From contig OZ024765.1 in NCBI GenBank assembly GCA_964016885.1, positions 5,890,001-5,954,000 on the forward strand: 64,000 nucleotides of DNA, read 5' to 3'. The DNA is from Eledone cirrhosa (lineage: Eukaryota). The translations under genes and the position numbers were made by a program. How positions within the stretch are numbered: position 1 is the first letter of the stretch; each line of letters starts with the position of its first letter. Below the pieces are notes generated by a model. It made no database searches and had not been told where the DNA came from. It saw nothing but the letters and a program-made list of their open reading frames with translations. Below, in pieces: positions 13,164 to 27,015 of this stretch.

Positions 13164-13209
13164 TTTCTGCATCACAGTCAACTCTTCCAAATGCTATTTT
13201 ACCAGGATC
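13164..13209 (-). CDS. ERP44: ERp44 exon 5 (DPGKIAFGRVDCDAE)
   Basis: RVDCD thioredoxin motif; canonical sites; 46 nt; frame consistent. Confidence 0.95.
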
Positions 13210-13220
13210 CTGTAAAAGGT

Positions 13221-13490
13221 AGAGAGAGAGAGAGAATGAGAGAGAGAGGGAGATAGGGAGAGAGAGGGAGATAGGGAGAGAGAGAGGGGAGAAAGAGGGA
13301 GATAGGGAGAGAGAGGGGGGGAGAGAGAGGGAGAGAGAGAGGGTGATAGGGAGAGAGAGAGGGAGGGGGAGGGAGAGAGAGAGGGAGGGTGAGAAAGAGA
13401 GAGAGGGAGAGGGAGAGGGAGAAAGAGAGAGAGGGAGAGAGGGAGGGGGAGAAAGAGAGAGAGGGTGATAGGGAGAGAGAGAGAGAGGGG

Positions 13491-13547
<57 letters not shown>

Positions 13548-13562
13548 GGAAAGAGAGAGAGC

Positions 13563-13617
<55 letters not shown>

Positions 13618-13828
13618 AGAGAGAGAAAGAGAGAGAGGGAGAGAGAGAAAGAGAGAGAGGGAGAGAGAGAAAGAGAGAGAGGGAGAGAGAGAAAGAGAGA
13701 GAGGGAGAGAGAGAAAGAGAGAGAGGGAGAGAGAGAAAGATAGAGAGGGAGAGAGAGAAAGATAGAGAGGGAGAGAGAGAAAGAGAGAGAGGGAGAGGGA
13801 GAGAGAGAAAGAGAGAGAGGGGGAGAGA
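13221..13828. repeat. (GA)n-type purine tract filling ERp44 intron 4; similar GA/GAGT tract at 15660-16395
   Basis: Direct inspection. Confidence 0.95.
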
Positions 13829-13870
13829 GTATTATAAATGCTAAAGAGTTAAAAGATGCCAACTACTTAC

Positions 13871-13940
13871 AGGAAATTCTTCTTTTATCTTTTTGGAAGA
13901 TTCATCGAAGACTGGCGCTAAAATTTGACTGAAGCGGCAC
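13871..13940 (-). CDS. ERP44: ERp44 exon 4 (CRFSQILAPVFDESSKKIKEEFP), active-site CRFS
   Basis: The CRFS motif is diagnostic of ERp44; AG/GTAAG boundaries; 70 nt. Confidence 0.97.
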
Positions 13941-14989
13941 CTGAAATATGGGAGCGGTAGAGCGATATAGAGTATAGGAAATGAAAATAATGGTTTCTGA
14001 TTTAGGAACAAGTCGGACAATTTTTTTTTTGGGGGGGGGGGGTGATTAAATCGACCCCAGTGCATTACTGGTACTTTATTTTATCAACCTCATGAGGATG
14101 AAAGGCAAAGATCAGCTCAGCTGGATTTGAACAATTTTGTTGGAGGAGAAAGTCGATTAAATCGACCCCAGCTTATTACTGGTACTTTGTTTTATCGACC
14201 TCATGAGAATGAAAGGCAAAGCTAAGCTCTGCAGGATTTGAACTCAATAATAATTGTTTCTACTTTTGGCACAAGGCCAGCAATTACCCCAGCACATTGC
14301 TGGTACTTCATTTTATCGACCTCTATGAGATTTCGATATTATTTATTTTGAGAACAATACCATAACATCAGTAAGAGTGGCCGGTTATGGCCAGTTTGAA
14401 CAGAAAGAGGTGAGAGAATTCTGGTCTGATATGGCCGGTTTGAATGCTGGTCGTATCCAGCCAAGATTCTCTCACCTCTTTCTGTTCAGACCAGCTGTAA
14501 CTGGTCACTCATATTGATGTTAAGGTATTGTTCTCAAAATAAATATCAAAATCTCATAGATTCGATATTATGTAAGATAAATCCTTTACTGTAAAAATAC
14601 AATAGTAAATATAGAGTAATGTAAATATTAAAGAGTTAACCCTTTAACATTTACATTACTCTATATAAACTATTGTTTTCACGTTAAAGGCTTTATCTCA
14701 CATAATTATCTTACATAATATCATTTTGATATTATTTATTTTGAGAACAATACTTTAACAAATATGAGCAGCCATTTACGGCTGGTCTGAACAGAAAGAG
14801 GTGGGAGAATTCTGGCTGGATATGACTAGTTTAAATGCTAAAGGGTTAACTGGCCCTATATAAGGTTGTATTGCTTAAGAAATTTATCAGGGGTTTCAAT
14901 GATAGCCCCCACCCCACCCCCACCAACCCAGCTCAATCATGAAAAGCAAAAGAAATGAAACGTTACTGAAGAATACAATGGTAACTCAC

Positions 14990-15029
14990 CAGTCCGCATA
15001 AAAGTTTACAAATACTAATTCATGTCTGG
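14990..15029 (-). CDS. ERP44: ERp44 exon 3 (ARHELVFVNFYADW)
   Basis: VNFYADW thioredoxin motif; AG/GT boundaries; 40 nt, phase 1 to 2. Confidence 0.95.
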
Positions 15030-15117
15030 CTGGAATAGAAAATTGTAGATATAGGGTTAATTGTGATAGAGAAGGTAGTGGGATAACATACGCATACACA
15101 TATCATCATATATACAC

Positions 15118-15460
15118 GAGAATGCTGAGGATGGCTCTGAACAGTAATCAGTATACACTGAGGATGAAGAACTCAGAGAGCTGTACGGGAGCCTCCCAAA
15201 AGTCAGCTCAAGAGTAGCCCAGAGGAGACTGAGGTTAGCTGGACATGCTCACCGACATCCAGAGGTGACACTGCCCTCAGTGCTCCTGTGGGAGCCCCTG
15301 CATGGACATACTAGAAGAGGGAAACCGAGGTTGACATATGTTGATTCCCTAAGGACAGACACTGGTCTGTTGGAGACTCAGGACATGGCAGCGATAATGA
15401 GGGACAGAGACCGCTAGAGAGAACTCGTCCATGGATCTCGGGAATTTTACCTGCCCTAGA
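15118..15460 (+). mobile_element. LINE (RTE-X-like) 3' fragment; other copies at 25218-25680 (-, with a 96-bp x3 tandem) and 43520-43830 (-)
   Basis: RRLRLAGHAHRHPE....VLLWEPLHG..RRG.P.LTYVDSL..DTG; three related copies share the same 3' end. Confidence 0.7.
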
Positions 15461-16523
15461 CAGATCTATGTATATGTCTATGTATATACATACATACACA
15501 CATATATATGTGTATATATATATTTTTTGAACACAATAGGATTTTGTAAACATTCTTGTTTGAAAAATCTTTCAACGATGTATGAATCATAGTCTTTTGT
15601 ATTGATTATTGTAATAAATTACTGCATTTTGAACTGTTTTAACTTCTCCACAAACGTAGAGAGAGAGAGAATGAGAGAGAGAGAATGAGTGAGTGAGAGA
15701 GAGAGAAAGTCTAATAGATAATTGTTTCTATTTTTGGCATAAAGCCACCAATTACCCAGTGCATTACTGGTACTTTATTTTATCGACCCTGTAAGGATGA
15801 AAGGCAAAGTCAACCTCGGCGGGATTTGAACTCAGATCGTAATTTTGAACTGTTTTAACTTCTCCACAAACGTAAACACAGAGAGAGAGAGAGTGAGTGA
15901 GAGAGAGAGAGAGAGTGAGTGAGTGAGAGAGAATGAGTGAGTGAGAGAGAATGAGTGAGAGAGAGAGAATGAGAGAGAATGAGTGAGTGAGTGAGAGAGT
16001 GAGAGAGAATGAGTGAGTGAGAGAGAGAGAATGAGTGAGTGAGAGAGAGAGAATGAGTGAGTGAGAGAGAGAGAATGAGTGAGGAGAGAGAATGAGTGAG
16101 TGAGTGAGAGAGAATGAGTGAGTGAGAGAGAGAGAAAGAGAGAGAATGAGTGAGTGAGAGAGAGAGAATGAGTGAGTGAGAGAGAGAGAGAGAATGAGTG
16201 AGTGAGAGAGAGAGAATGAGTGAGTGAGAGAGAGAGAATGAGAGAGAGTGAGTGAGAGAGAATGAGTGAGTGAGAGAGAGAGAATGAGTGAGTGAGAGAG
16301 AGAGAGAGAGAATGAGTGAGTGAGAGAGAGAGAATGAGTGAGTGAGAGAGAGAGAATGAGAGAGAGAATGAGAGAGAGAATGAGAGAGAGAGAAAGTCTA
16401 ATAGATAATTGTTTCTACTTTAGGCACAAGGCCAGCAATTGCACAAGGCCAGCAATTACCCAATACATTACTGGTACTTTATTTTATCAGTAATGTAATG
16501 AAAGTCTAATAGATAATACTGAC

Positions 16524-16596
16524 CAAAAATACTTTGTATGTTTCCTTCAGTCAGTTGAATTGTATCTGCTGTGGAAGATGTGAAGAAAGAAGACAG
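16524..16596 (-). CDS. ERP44: ERp44 exon 2 (LSSFFTSSTADTIQLTEGNIQSIF)
   Basis: ttgcag acceptor and gtcagt donor, 73 nt, phase 0 to 1; resembles the N-terminus of thioredoxin domain a. Confidence 0.9.
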
Positions 16597-16730
16597 CTGC
16601 AAGAGAAATAACAACAATAATTAAAATAACTACCAGTAAAACCACCCCTCGGGTCGTTTTCCTGCTAGCATGTGTAGGGTGTATATTGATATTATACGCA
16701 AGTATATATACATGTAGGTATGATACATCA

Positions 16731-17794
16731 TCATCATCATTTTACGTCCGCTCTTCCCTGCTCGCAAGGGTGGGACGGGTCTTATTCAGCACAGCATCTC
16801 TCCACTCGTCACGGTCCTTCGTCATCTCCACCGTGAGCCTCAGCGATCTGAGGTCTGTTCTCTCCACCTCCACCCATGTTTTTCGTGGTCTACCTCTACC
16901 ACGTCTTCCTTCAACTGGCATTTCCTGGCACTTCTTCACCCATCGGTCATCCTCCATGTGCATCACATGTCCATACCACCTCAGTCTCCTCTCCTGTACA
17001 CTACATTCTATCCCTCTCAGACACAGTTTCTCTCTCAACACATCACATGTCCATACCACCTCAGTCTCCTCTCCCGTACACTACATTCTATCCCTCTCAC
17101 ACAGTTTCTCTCTCAACACATCACATGTCCATACCACCTCAGTCTCCTCTCCCGTACACTACATTCTATCCCTCTCAACACATCACATGTCCATACCACC
17201 TCAGTCTCCTCTCCCGTACACTACATTCTATCCCTCTCAGACACAGTTTCTCTCTCAACACATCACATGTCCATACCACCTCAGTCTCCTCTCCCGTACA
17301 CTACATTCTATCCCTCTCAGACACAGTTTCTCTCTCAACACATCACATGTCCATACCACCTCAGTCTCCTCTCCCGTACACTACATTCTATCCCTCTCAC
17401 ACAGTTTCTCTCTCAACACATCACATGTCCATACCACCTGTCTCCTCTCCTGTACACTACATTCTATCCCTCTCAGACACAGTTTCTCTCTCAACACATC
17501 ACATGTCCATACCACCTCAGTCTCCTCTCCCGTACACTACATTCTATCCCTCTCACACAGTTTCTCTCTCAACACATCACATGTCCATACCACCTCAGTC
17601 TCCTCTCCTGTACACTACATTCTATCCCTCTCAGACACAGTTTCTCTCTCAACACATCACATGTCCATACCACCTCAGTCTCCTCTCCCGTACACTACAT
17701 TCTATCCCTCTCAGACACAGTTTCTCACTCAACACATTCATGCTGGGTCGTTCACGCACATTTACACTGCACATCCAACGGAGCACGCTTGATG
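16731..17794 (-). mobile_element. RTE-clade LINE 3' fragment with an internal ~80-bp tandem expansion; related fragments at 50670-50985, 53750-53925 and 55160-55535
   Basis: RRLRWYGHVM...VEGRRGRGRPRKTW...DRDEWR C-terminus with an (ATG)n tail; inserted within a Helitron copy. Confidence 0.85.
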
Positions 17795-18014
17795 AAATAA
17801 AATTGTAATTGACAATATACACAGAAATTGAACGAATTGAACCCTAATCCTTTCAGTAACTCATATGTCTGCTGGACGCAAGAGCAGAAGGACGTGTTTT
17901 TCCTGCTGGCGGCATATCACAAACTCAAATTTCCTCTGAGGATACTGTTCTCATAACAACAACAAATGCATGAATTACATCTTGATTGCATGGGAGAACC
18001 GTTGAAATAATTAT

Positions 18015-18200
18015 AATTGTTTCTACTTTAGGCACAAGGCCAGCAATTACCCAGTGCATTACTGGTACTTTATTTTATCGGCCCCCGTAAGGATGAAAGG
18101 CAAAGTCAACCTCAGCGGGACTTGAACTCAGATCGTAAAGGGACGTAACTATGCTGGAAAGCATGGCGTCCGACCCTCTACCGATACTGCCAATCCACCG
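18015..18200 (-). mobile_element. Second SINE family with a Nin/Deu-like domain; copies at 1-152, 2780-2960, 4345-4800, 14050-14330, 15720-15840, 23310-23480, 46020-46205 (-) and 60350-60495, 63010-63205 (+)
   Basis: tRNA-like head with B box GAGTTCAAATCC followed by GCCTTTCATCCTTACGGGGTCGATAAAAT..GTACCAG, which resembles the Deu/Nin SINE domain. Confidence 0.7.
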
Positions 18201-18245
18201 AATGAATAAACGATTTATGTAACATCAGCATCTTTATTAATGTTA

Positions 18246-18726
18246 CTAGCAGAAAAACAACCCTTCCGGTGGTTTTCTGCCAGCATGGGTAGTGTGTATA
18301 TTGATATTATACGCAAGTATATATATATGTAGATATGATACATCAAATAAAATCGTAATTAACAATATACACAGAAATTGAACGAAGACTGTGTTACACT
18401 GTCTTATGTAATCAGTAATGTAATCCAGGATACATTAAAAAAAGACGATATTATATATAAACTGCATTAGGAGAAAATTAGTGACGGAAATATATGAATG
18501 TTTATTTAAGCGATGGCTAACCGGAAGTGTTGACATTTGAACATTTTAAAGAAGTGAATCTTAAAATAACCAACAAAATTATTTATATTTAATCAAGAAA
18601 TTTAGTAGATAAATTATGTAATATTCATTCATTATTTATTCAAAGTAATCCAACTTATTTTACAAATGGGATAAAAAGATATATTCTGGAAGCAGTCCCG
18701 CACCCCTTACTTTATTATAGTTTAGA
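18246..18726 (-). mobile_element. Non-autonomous Helitron-like element, copy 2 (a third, truncated copy at 16632-17836 is split by an RTE insertion)
   Basis: Same termini and internal sequence as 739-1221. Confidence 0.7.
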
Positions 18727-19868
18727 TTGACTAATTAGAGGTCACAGTTGACCTGTGACCTCTATGTCAACTGGATCACAGCTGACATGGACTTATACAA
18801 CACTGGTGGAAGGGTCCAATTGTTGGATCGGACCAGGGAAACTAGGTTAAAAGTCTGTCACTAGCCTGGAGGCTCATTAGGCTTTGAACCCATAACGTAA
18901 AGGGCCGTAACTCTATGCCACAAAGTATGTTCGATGCTCTACCGGTTATTGCCAATCCAGCGCTAGCTTTTAATAATGGTTCTTGATTTAGGCACAAGGC
19001 CAGTGAAGTGACAGAGTATAAGACTCCCTCATGGACAGGATGCCTGTCCATTACAGGGTTAGCCCCTTAGCATTTAAACTGGCTGTATCCGGCCAGAATT
19101 CTTTCCCCTTTTGTAAACCGGCCGTAACCAACAGCTTACACTGACATTAAGATAGCAGTCTTAAAATATACAATAGCATCATCAAAATCTTGTAGACTCG
19201 AGATTATGTGAGACAAAGCCTTTACCTTGAATATACAATAGTAACTATAGAGTAAATGTTAATGGGTTGAAGTCTTTGAAGCCCAAAAGCTCATCGTGTC
19301 AGTGTTTATCCTGGTTTCCATGGCATTTTACGTCTGCTTTTCCCTGCTTGCAAGGGTGGGACGGGAACTGATTCTGGCTTGATTTCTACAGCTGGATGCC
19401 CTTCCTAACACCAACCTCATTTACAGTGTGGGCTGGGTGCTTTTTTGCCGTGGCACCTCCACAACCACTTTGCAGTGGAATGATAGGGAACCCAGTCCCT
19501 ATCATCTCATTTCTACAGCTGAGTAAACTGGAGCAATGTGAAATAAAGTGTCTTGCTCAAGGAAATAACACATCACCCGGTCTTAGAATTGAATTGAACT
19601 CACCTGAGAATTGAACTCACAACCTTTCGATTGCAAGGTCAATGCTCTAACCACTAGGCCATGTGCCTCCATATATATATATCAGAGCAAACAGACACTC
19701 TATCTCAAAATTATTTTTGAAAAGCATTTAGAAATGCGCAACCGGTAAAAACTTAAAAACTTAAAACCACAACTGTATACTAACCCATACAATCACTAAT
19801 ACTCTTTTATTCCTAATTAAACCATTTTTCAACTGTGAACAATTTGTCAGCATTTTCTATTCCGTTTA

Positions 19869-19909
<41 letters not shown>

Positions 19910-19910
19910 G

Positions 19911-19969
<59 letters not shown>

Positions 19970-20758
19970 ATATGTATGTCAGGTCACCAGTTGGTGCTAC
20001 TGGTAACATGTATCCCAGTACAACCTGTTTCATGGTCGGGGCGTTGGCGACTAAACTGGCAACCCCACCAAGGTTTCTTGGTGAGGAGGGTGACTTTGGA
20101 CATCCTGCAGGACTAAAAACAAAACCTGTCAAAGGGCAAAGGAGCTCTTAAGAGTCAATGGCCATCCAAAATCACCGGGAGAGATGACCCCTTAGCCTTT
20201 GTCAAGGTAGAATTCTAGGAGAAGGAAAACTCTGATATAACACCTGCAACCCTGATGGTATCCAATAATGTTGACTTGTTCTTCTTTTTGGTAAATATCA
20301 TCTTGGTTAAGAGAGTGGGACTGGCTTTGTGCAGTGCCTTTGCTCACTATAAAAGCTTCACGGCACAGGCATTGCTTTATATCTGGAGATCTCTCAGCAC
20401 TTGTCGTCACATGGTACCATGGGCCCAGCACTATGTGTCAATAATTGTCACAAGTGTAGTGTTTGTACCAGAGTTTTTAAGTCGCTGGCTGGACTAAAAT
20501 GTCACATCGTTCAGCGCATCAGTAGGGGTTCTCCTACATGGATATAAAGTAGTGGCCGTACTCGAAAATGAGTTGGCAGCCACCATGGATGGTCCCATAA
20601 CTCCTGATAGAGTTGCAGGGACATTGTATTGACATGCAGCATTTCTTGGCCATTTTAAGCCTGGCAGAGCCCACCCCTCTCCAGGCATATATTTATACAT
20701 ATATATTTCTTCATTGTACTGTGCTGTTTGCTTTGTTATTTCTGTTTATCTTTTGCAT

Positions 20759-20820
<62 letters not shown>

Positions 20821-21300
20821 TCCTGCTATTTCAAGCATTAACCTAATATATTCTTCCATATACTGTACCGATTGTGTTTTTATTTCTGTTCACCTTTTAC
20901 ATATATATATATAACGAAGGAAGTGTGGTAAGGAACCAAGTGGACCATTACGCACCAAAGTACTCAATACTTAGGGTAGTAGAGTGGGTTAGTTCAGATC
21001 TAGCTGTCGAAACGGCCGGAGCTCAGCTGTCGAGGTCCTGACTCTTTTCCTATACATATATATGTGTAGGTGTCACGACAAAAAAACACAGTCCACGCTG
21101 TAATGTGGCCACGTAGGTAACACGGTAAAAAGTTCCCAGTCCTCACTGTAAATGTGGTTGTTGTTAGGAAGGGCATCCAGCTGTAGAAAACCTGCCAGAT
21201 AGTCCTATATGAGCGAGACATGGTCACCCGACCAACCTTGCCTCAAGTGGGACAACTCCCGTCTAACCCATGCTAGTGTGGAAGATGGACGTTAAATGAA

Positions 21301-21331
<31 letters not shown>

Positions 21332-22901
21332 TAACATTTTTTATGATCTCCAAAGTAATATATCTCAGTTTGTATTTTCCCCATCATCTTGAAATTAACA
21401 GTTCTGCTAGCATATGTCAGATATATTTCCTCTGTAGCTACCTCATCCATCATTGGTTTTAATCACTTCAAGTGACATTTCTATACATACATTATCTCTT
21501 AATGGTGCTGTAGGTGTCACGACAAAAAGCACCCAGCTCATACAGTAAAGTGGTCGTGTAGGTGTCACAACAAAAAGCACCCAGTCCACACTGTAAAGTG
21601 AACGAGTGTGACATTTTAGTCCAGCCAGCGACTTAAAAACTCTGGTACAATATGTGTAGGTGCCACGACAAAAAGCATCCACCCCACACTGTAAAGTGGT
21701 CGTGTAGGTGCCATGACAAAAAGCACCTAGTCCACACTGTAAATGTGGTTGGCACTAGGAAGGGCATCCATCTGCAGAAATCTAGCCAGAAACATTCCTA
21801 TATGAGCAAGACATGGTCACCTGACCCAGCTTGCCTCAAATGGGACAAACCCGTCTAACCCATGCTAGCGTGGAAAATGGACATTAAACAATGATGATGA
21901 TGATGTATGTATATATATGTATGTATATGTAAATATATATATATATATATATATATACATACACAAATGTAACATCAAATATGTTTGAATTACATATATA
22001 TATCAACATCAATTTTTCTACGCTGGCATGGGTTAGACGAGTTATCCTGTTGTGAGCAATGCTAGGTCAGGTGACTATGTCTTGCTCATACAGAACCAAT
22101 TTTGGCTTGATTTCTACAGATGGATGCCTTTCCTAGTGCCCTCATTTACAGTGAGTACTGGGTGCTTTTTGTCGTGACACGTACATGACCACTTTACAGT
22201 GTGGACTGGGTACTTTTTGTCATGACACTTACATGGCCACTTTACAGTGTGAACTGGGTGCTTTTTGTTGTGACACCTACACTACCACTTTACAGGGTGG
22301 ACTGGGTGCTTTTTGTTGTGACACCTACACTACCACTTTACAGTGTGGACTGGGTGCTTTTTGTTGTGACACCTACACTACCACTTTACAGTGCGGACTG
22401 GGTGCTTTTTGTTGTGACACCTACACTACCACTTTACAGTGTGGACTGGGTGCTTTTTGTTGTGACACCTACACTACCACTTTACAGTGCGGACTGGGTG
22501 CTTTTTGTTGTGACACCTACACTACCACTTTACAGTGTGGACTGGGTGCTTTTTGTTGTGACACCTACACTACCACTTTACAGTGCGGACTGGGTGCTTT
22601 TTGTTGTGACACCTACACTACCACTTTACAGTGTGGACTGGGTGCTTTTTGTTGTGACACCTACACTACCACTTTACAGGGTGGACTGGGTGCTTTTTGT
22701 TGTGACACCTACATGACCGCTTTACAGTGTGGACTGGGTACTTTTTGTCATGACACCTACACTACCACTTTACAATGTGGACTGGAGGCTTCACTGGATG
22801 TATGTGTTGGGTAGCATGATACATATTATACATATGCTTCATCTTCAGCCTGTGCCCCTGGGAAGTCCGGTCCTCTATATTACTGCGTTATGCCAGAGAT
22901 C

Positions 22902-22954
<53 letters not shown>

Positions 22955-23524
22955 TGCCCACACACACACATTAGAAATATGGTATCAAAAGGGTTTTAAA
23001 AGAAGCCAGAAAGACACATTGGAAGATGTAGTCCTAGATAAAACATAAGAAAATGGAATAGTAACAGCTGGTACACCTTTAATCATAAGTTAGCTGGATT
23101 AGGGTTGACCTGGGTCGTCTTATCTGGTAACATTGATGTAGCAGAGATGAGTAAAAAAAAAATCAATAGCAACAATGGAACACAGGTCAACTAGAACAAC
23201 ACCTGTTCCAGCATGCTAACATGTTGGAGCCTTGATATAATCAGCAGGCTAGAAATAATAGCTACCTAGCCCTCTTTGCAAACCCTGTCATCGTTAAAAG
23301 AAAATAAATTTAGGCACAAGGCCAACAATTACCCAGCGCATTACTGGTACTTTTATTTTATCGACCCCGTAAGGATGAAAGGCAAAGTCAACCTCGGCGG
23401 GATTTGAACTCAGATCGTAAAGGGACGTAACTATGCTGGAAAGCATGGCGTCCGACCCTCTACCGATACTGCCAATCCAATAAATAATAATAGAATTTAA
23501 TACAGCTCACACCAGTGTAGATTA

Positions 23525-24990
23525 AGCTGACATCTTACAAGATTGTGTTGTATCTCATAGGAAGTTTCTTGGATGTTTCAATGATAGTGCTGCTAGTCCC
23601 ATCATATAACCTACATTTATGTATGTTTAGCTGACCTCCTACAGTGTTGTATCTCATAGGAGGTTTCTTGGGTGTTTTAATGATAGTGCTGCTAGTCCCA
23701 TCATATAACCTACATTTATGTATGTTTTAGCTGACCTCCTACAGTGTTGTATCTCATAGGAAGTTTCTTGGATGTTTTAATGATAGTGCTGCTAGTCCCA
23801 TCATATAACCTACATTTATGTATGTTTAGCTGACCCCCTACAGTGTTGTATCTCATAGGAGGTTTCTTGGATGTTTTAATGATAGTGCTGCTAGTCCCAT
23901 CATATAACCTACATTTATGTATGTTTAGCTGACCTCCTAGTGTTGTATCTCATAGGAGGTTTCTTGGATGTTTCAATGATAGTGCTGCTAGTCCCATCAT
24001 ATAACCTACATTTATGTATGTTTAGCTGACCTCCTAGTGTTGTATCTCATAGGAGGTTTCTTGGGTGTTTTAATGATAGTGCTGCTAGTCCCATCATATA
24101 ACCTACATTTATGTAGGCTTAGTTGACCTACAAGGCTGTATCTCATAGGAGGTTTCTTAAGCGTTTTAAAGTCAGGGACCCCAGTTCTTTCATGTTACAG
24201 CTCACACCTATGTACGAGGGTAATCTCAAAAGTGAGGTCTCCAAAGCGATGGGGACGCAGAGAAACTGTTTGTACGGCTGTTGTGATTGGTGCTTCCTTC
24301 ACTCCCAAACAAGCATGCGCGCGCTTCGCTGGGATGCTCAATCTTGGCTTCGCAGCCGTTGAGAATGGGGCTCCCGTTGAACATTACCGCCAAGTGCGAA
24401 TTTCGCGCAGTTATTATATACGAGGGCAATCCCAAAAGTAAGGTCTCCTTCCGAGGAAAACATGCGTAAAGATCGGCGGATCACTCTGGATGCTCTCTGC
24501 ATTTTGGTTCCTGAGGTTTCCCGAAGCACCATCCACAGGATTTTAACAGAAAAGTTGCAATATCGGAAGGAGACCTTACTTTTGGGATTGCCCTCGTAGG
24601 TTTAGCTGACATACAAAGTTGTATCTCATTGATTTCTTTGATATTTTAATGACAGGGGCCCCAGTTCTATCAAGTTGTTGTTACAGCACACACCTATGTA
24701 GGTTTAGCTGACTTCCTACACAGTTATAACTGATAGGAAGTTTTTCATGTTTTAATGGCAGGTGACCCAGTCATATCATGTAGGTTTAGCTCACAAAAGG
24801 TTTCTTTTTGGGATGTTTTAACGATAGGGGACCCAGTCTTACCATGGTTTTATAGTTCTCATCTGCATAGCTTTAGCTGACCTCCTACAAGGTTGTATCT
24901 CATCGCAGGATTCTTGGGTGTTTTAATAACAGAGGCCCCAGTACTTATATAGGTTTAGATGACCTCCTACAGTGTTGTATCTCATAGGAG
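23525..24990. repeat. ~99-105-bp satellite-like array; inverted family member at 47900-48500
   Basis: TATCTCATAGGAGGTTTCTTGG recurs every 97-100 bp; the reverse complement recurs every 105 bp at 47900-48500. Confidence 0.9.
24213..24598 (+). mobile_element. Mariner-family deletion derivative with three TIRs
   Basis: TIR CGAGGGCAATCCCAAAAGTAAGGTCTCC at 24421 with a perfect inverse ending at 24596, and a variant at 24215; TA flanks; transposase scraps (KCEFRAVI, DRRITL...SRSTIHRIL..KLQYRK). Confidence 0.8.
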
Positions 24991-26705
24991 GTTTCTTGGT
25001 AGATTACATTCTTAATCTTTAAGAATATAGTCTACCAAAGGCACATTGTTTTGTTTTTTGGGGAATGGTGGTGGGGAAAGATGCTTATTTCAAGGTGAAT
25101 GTGTTCATCTTTTATAGTGCTTCTGATGATATATTGCATTTGATAATGCTTTATTATTCTCTTCTAAATTAAGGACATAACAATTATTAATTAAATATAA
25201 TGTATTGAAACATATATCTAGGGCGGGTAAAATCCCCGAGATCCATGGACGAGTTCTCTCCAGCAGTCTCTGTCCCTCATTATTGCTGCCATGTCCTGCG
25301 TCTCCAAGAGACCAGTGTCTGTCCTTAGGGCATCAACATATGTCAATCTCGGTCTTCTTCAAGAGTAGCACAGAGGAGACTGAGGTTAGCTGGACATGTT
25401 CACCGACATCCAGAGTTGACACTGCACTCAGTGTTCCTGTGAGAGCCCCTGAATGGACACACTGGAAGAGGAAGACCGAGGTTAGCTGGACATGTTCACA
25501 GACATCCAGAGTTGACACTGCACTCAGTGTTCCTGTGAGAGCCCCTGAATGGACACACTGGAAGAGGAAGACCGAGGTTAGCTGGACATGCTCACCGACA
25601 TCCAGAGTTGACACTGCACTCAGTGTTCCTGTGAGAGCCCCTGAATGGACACACTGGAAGAGGAAGACCGAGGTTAACATATGAAACATATGTAAAGTAA
25701 TTAAATGATTGGAAAGAATTCTTGTTTGTCATATTGTGATATATATATATACTGTTGTGTCATCATCATTTAACAGCCACTTGCTAGCAAGGGTTGGACA
25801 GGTCTACATAGACCAAGTCAGTACTGAAGTGGGACTACTGACCTAACAGACAGACCAAAGGGTCTGTATCCCATTTATGTATGGTCATATTGAGTGTAGA
25901 GAAGTTGTCATGTCCTTTGACACAAACTGAAGAATCCTCCTAATATCTTGTTTGACAAGCTTTCTACAGCTGGATGCCCTTCCTAATGCCAACCAGATTT
26001 ACAGTGTGTACTGGGTACTTTTTGTCATGACACCTACATGACCACTTTACAGTGTGGACTGCGTGCTTTTTGTCATGACATCTACATGACCACTTTACAG
26101 TGTGTACTGGGTACTTTTTGTCATGACACCTACATGACCACTTTACAGTGTGGACTGCGTGCTTTTTGTCATGACACTTACATGACCACTTTACAGTATA
26201 GACTAGATGCTTTTTGTCGTGACACCTACATGACCACTTTACAGTGTGGACTGGGTGCTTTTTGTTGACACCTACATGACCACTTTACAGTATAGACTAG
26301 ATGCTTTTTGTCATGACACCTACATGACCACTTTACAGTGTGGACTAGGTGCTTTTTGTTGTGACACCTACATGACCACTTTACAGGGTGGACTGGGTGC
26401 TTTTTGTCATGACACCTACATGACCACTTTACAGTGTAGACTAGGTGCTTTTTGTTGTGACACCTACATGACCACTTTACAGTGTAGACTAGGTGCTTTT
26501 TGTTGTGACACCTACATGACCACTTTACAGGGTGGACTGGGTGCTTTTTGTCATGACACTTTACAGTGTAGACTGGGTGCTTTTTGCAATGACACCTACA
26601 TGACCACTTTACAGTGTGGACTAGATGCTTTTTGTCATGACCACTTTACAGTGTGGACTAGACACTTTATATATATATTTTGTGTATATATATATATTTT
26701 TTTTT

Positions 26706-26783
<78 letters not shown>

Positions 26784-26982
26784 CACACACAAATTGAGAT
26801 AACAGATTGCGATGACAGAGTCCTTTAAACATTCAATCCTTTACAACAGTTTCAGCACATACTTCAATATAATATAGAGCTAGGATAAACATAATAGAAA
26901 AAGAAATAATAATAATACAAACATAAGAACATATGTATATACATATATTTGTGTATAATTCCACCATATAGTTACTTCCTAT

Positions 26983-27015
<33 letters not shown>

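Noticed and set aside
13194-13862. Ser/Leu- and Arg/Glu-rich ORFs
   Set aside because: Translations of the (GA)n tract in ERp44 intron 4.
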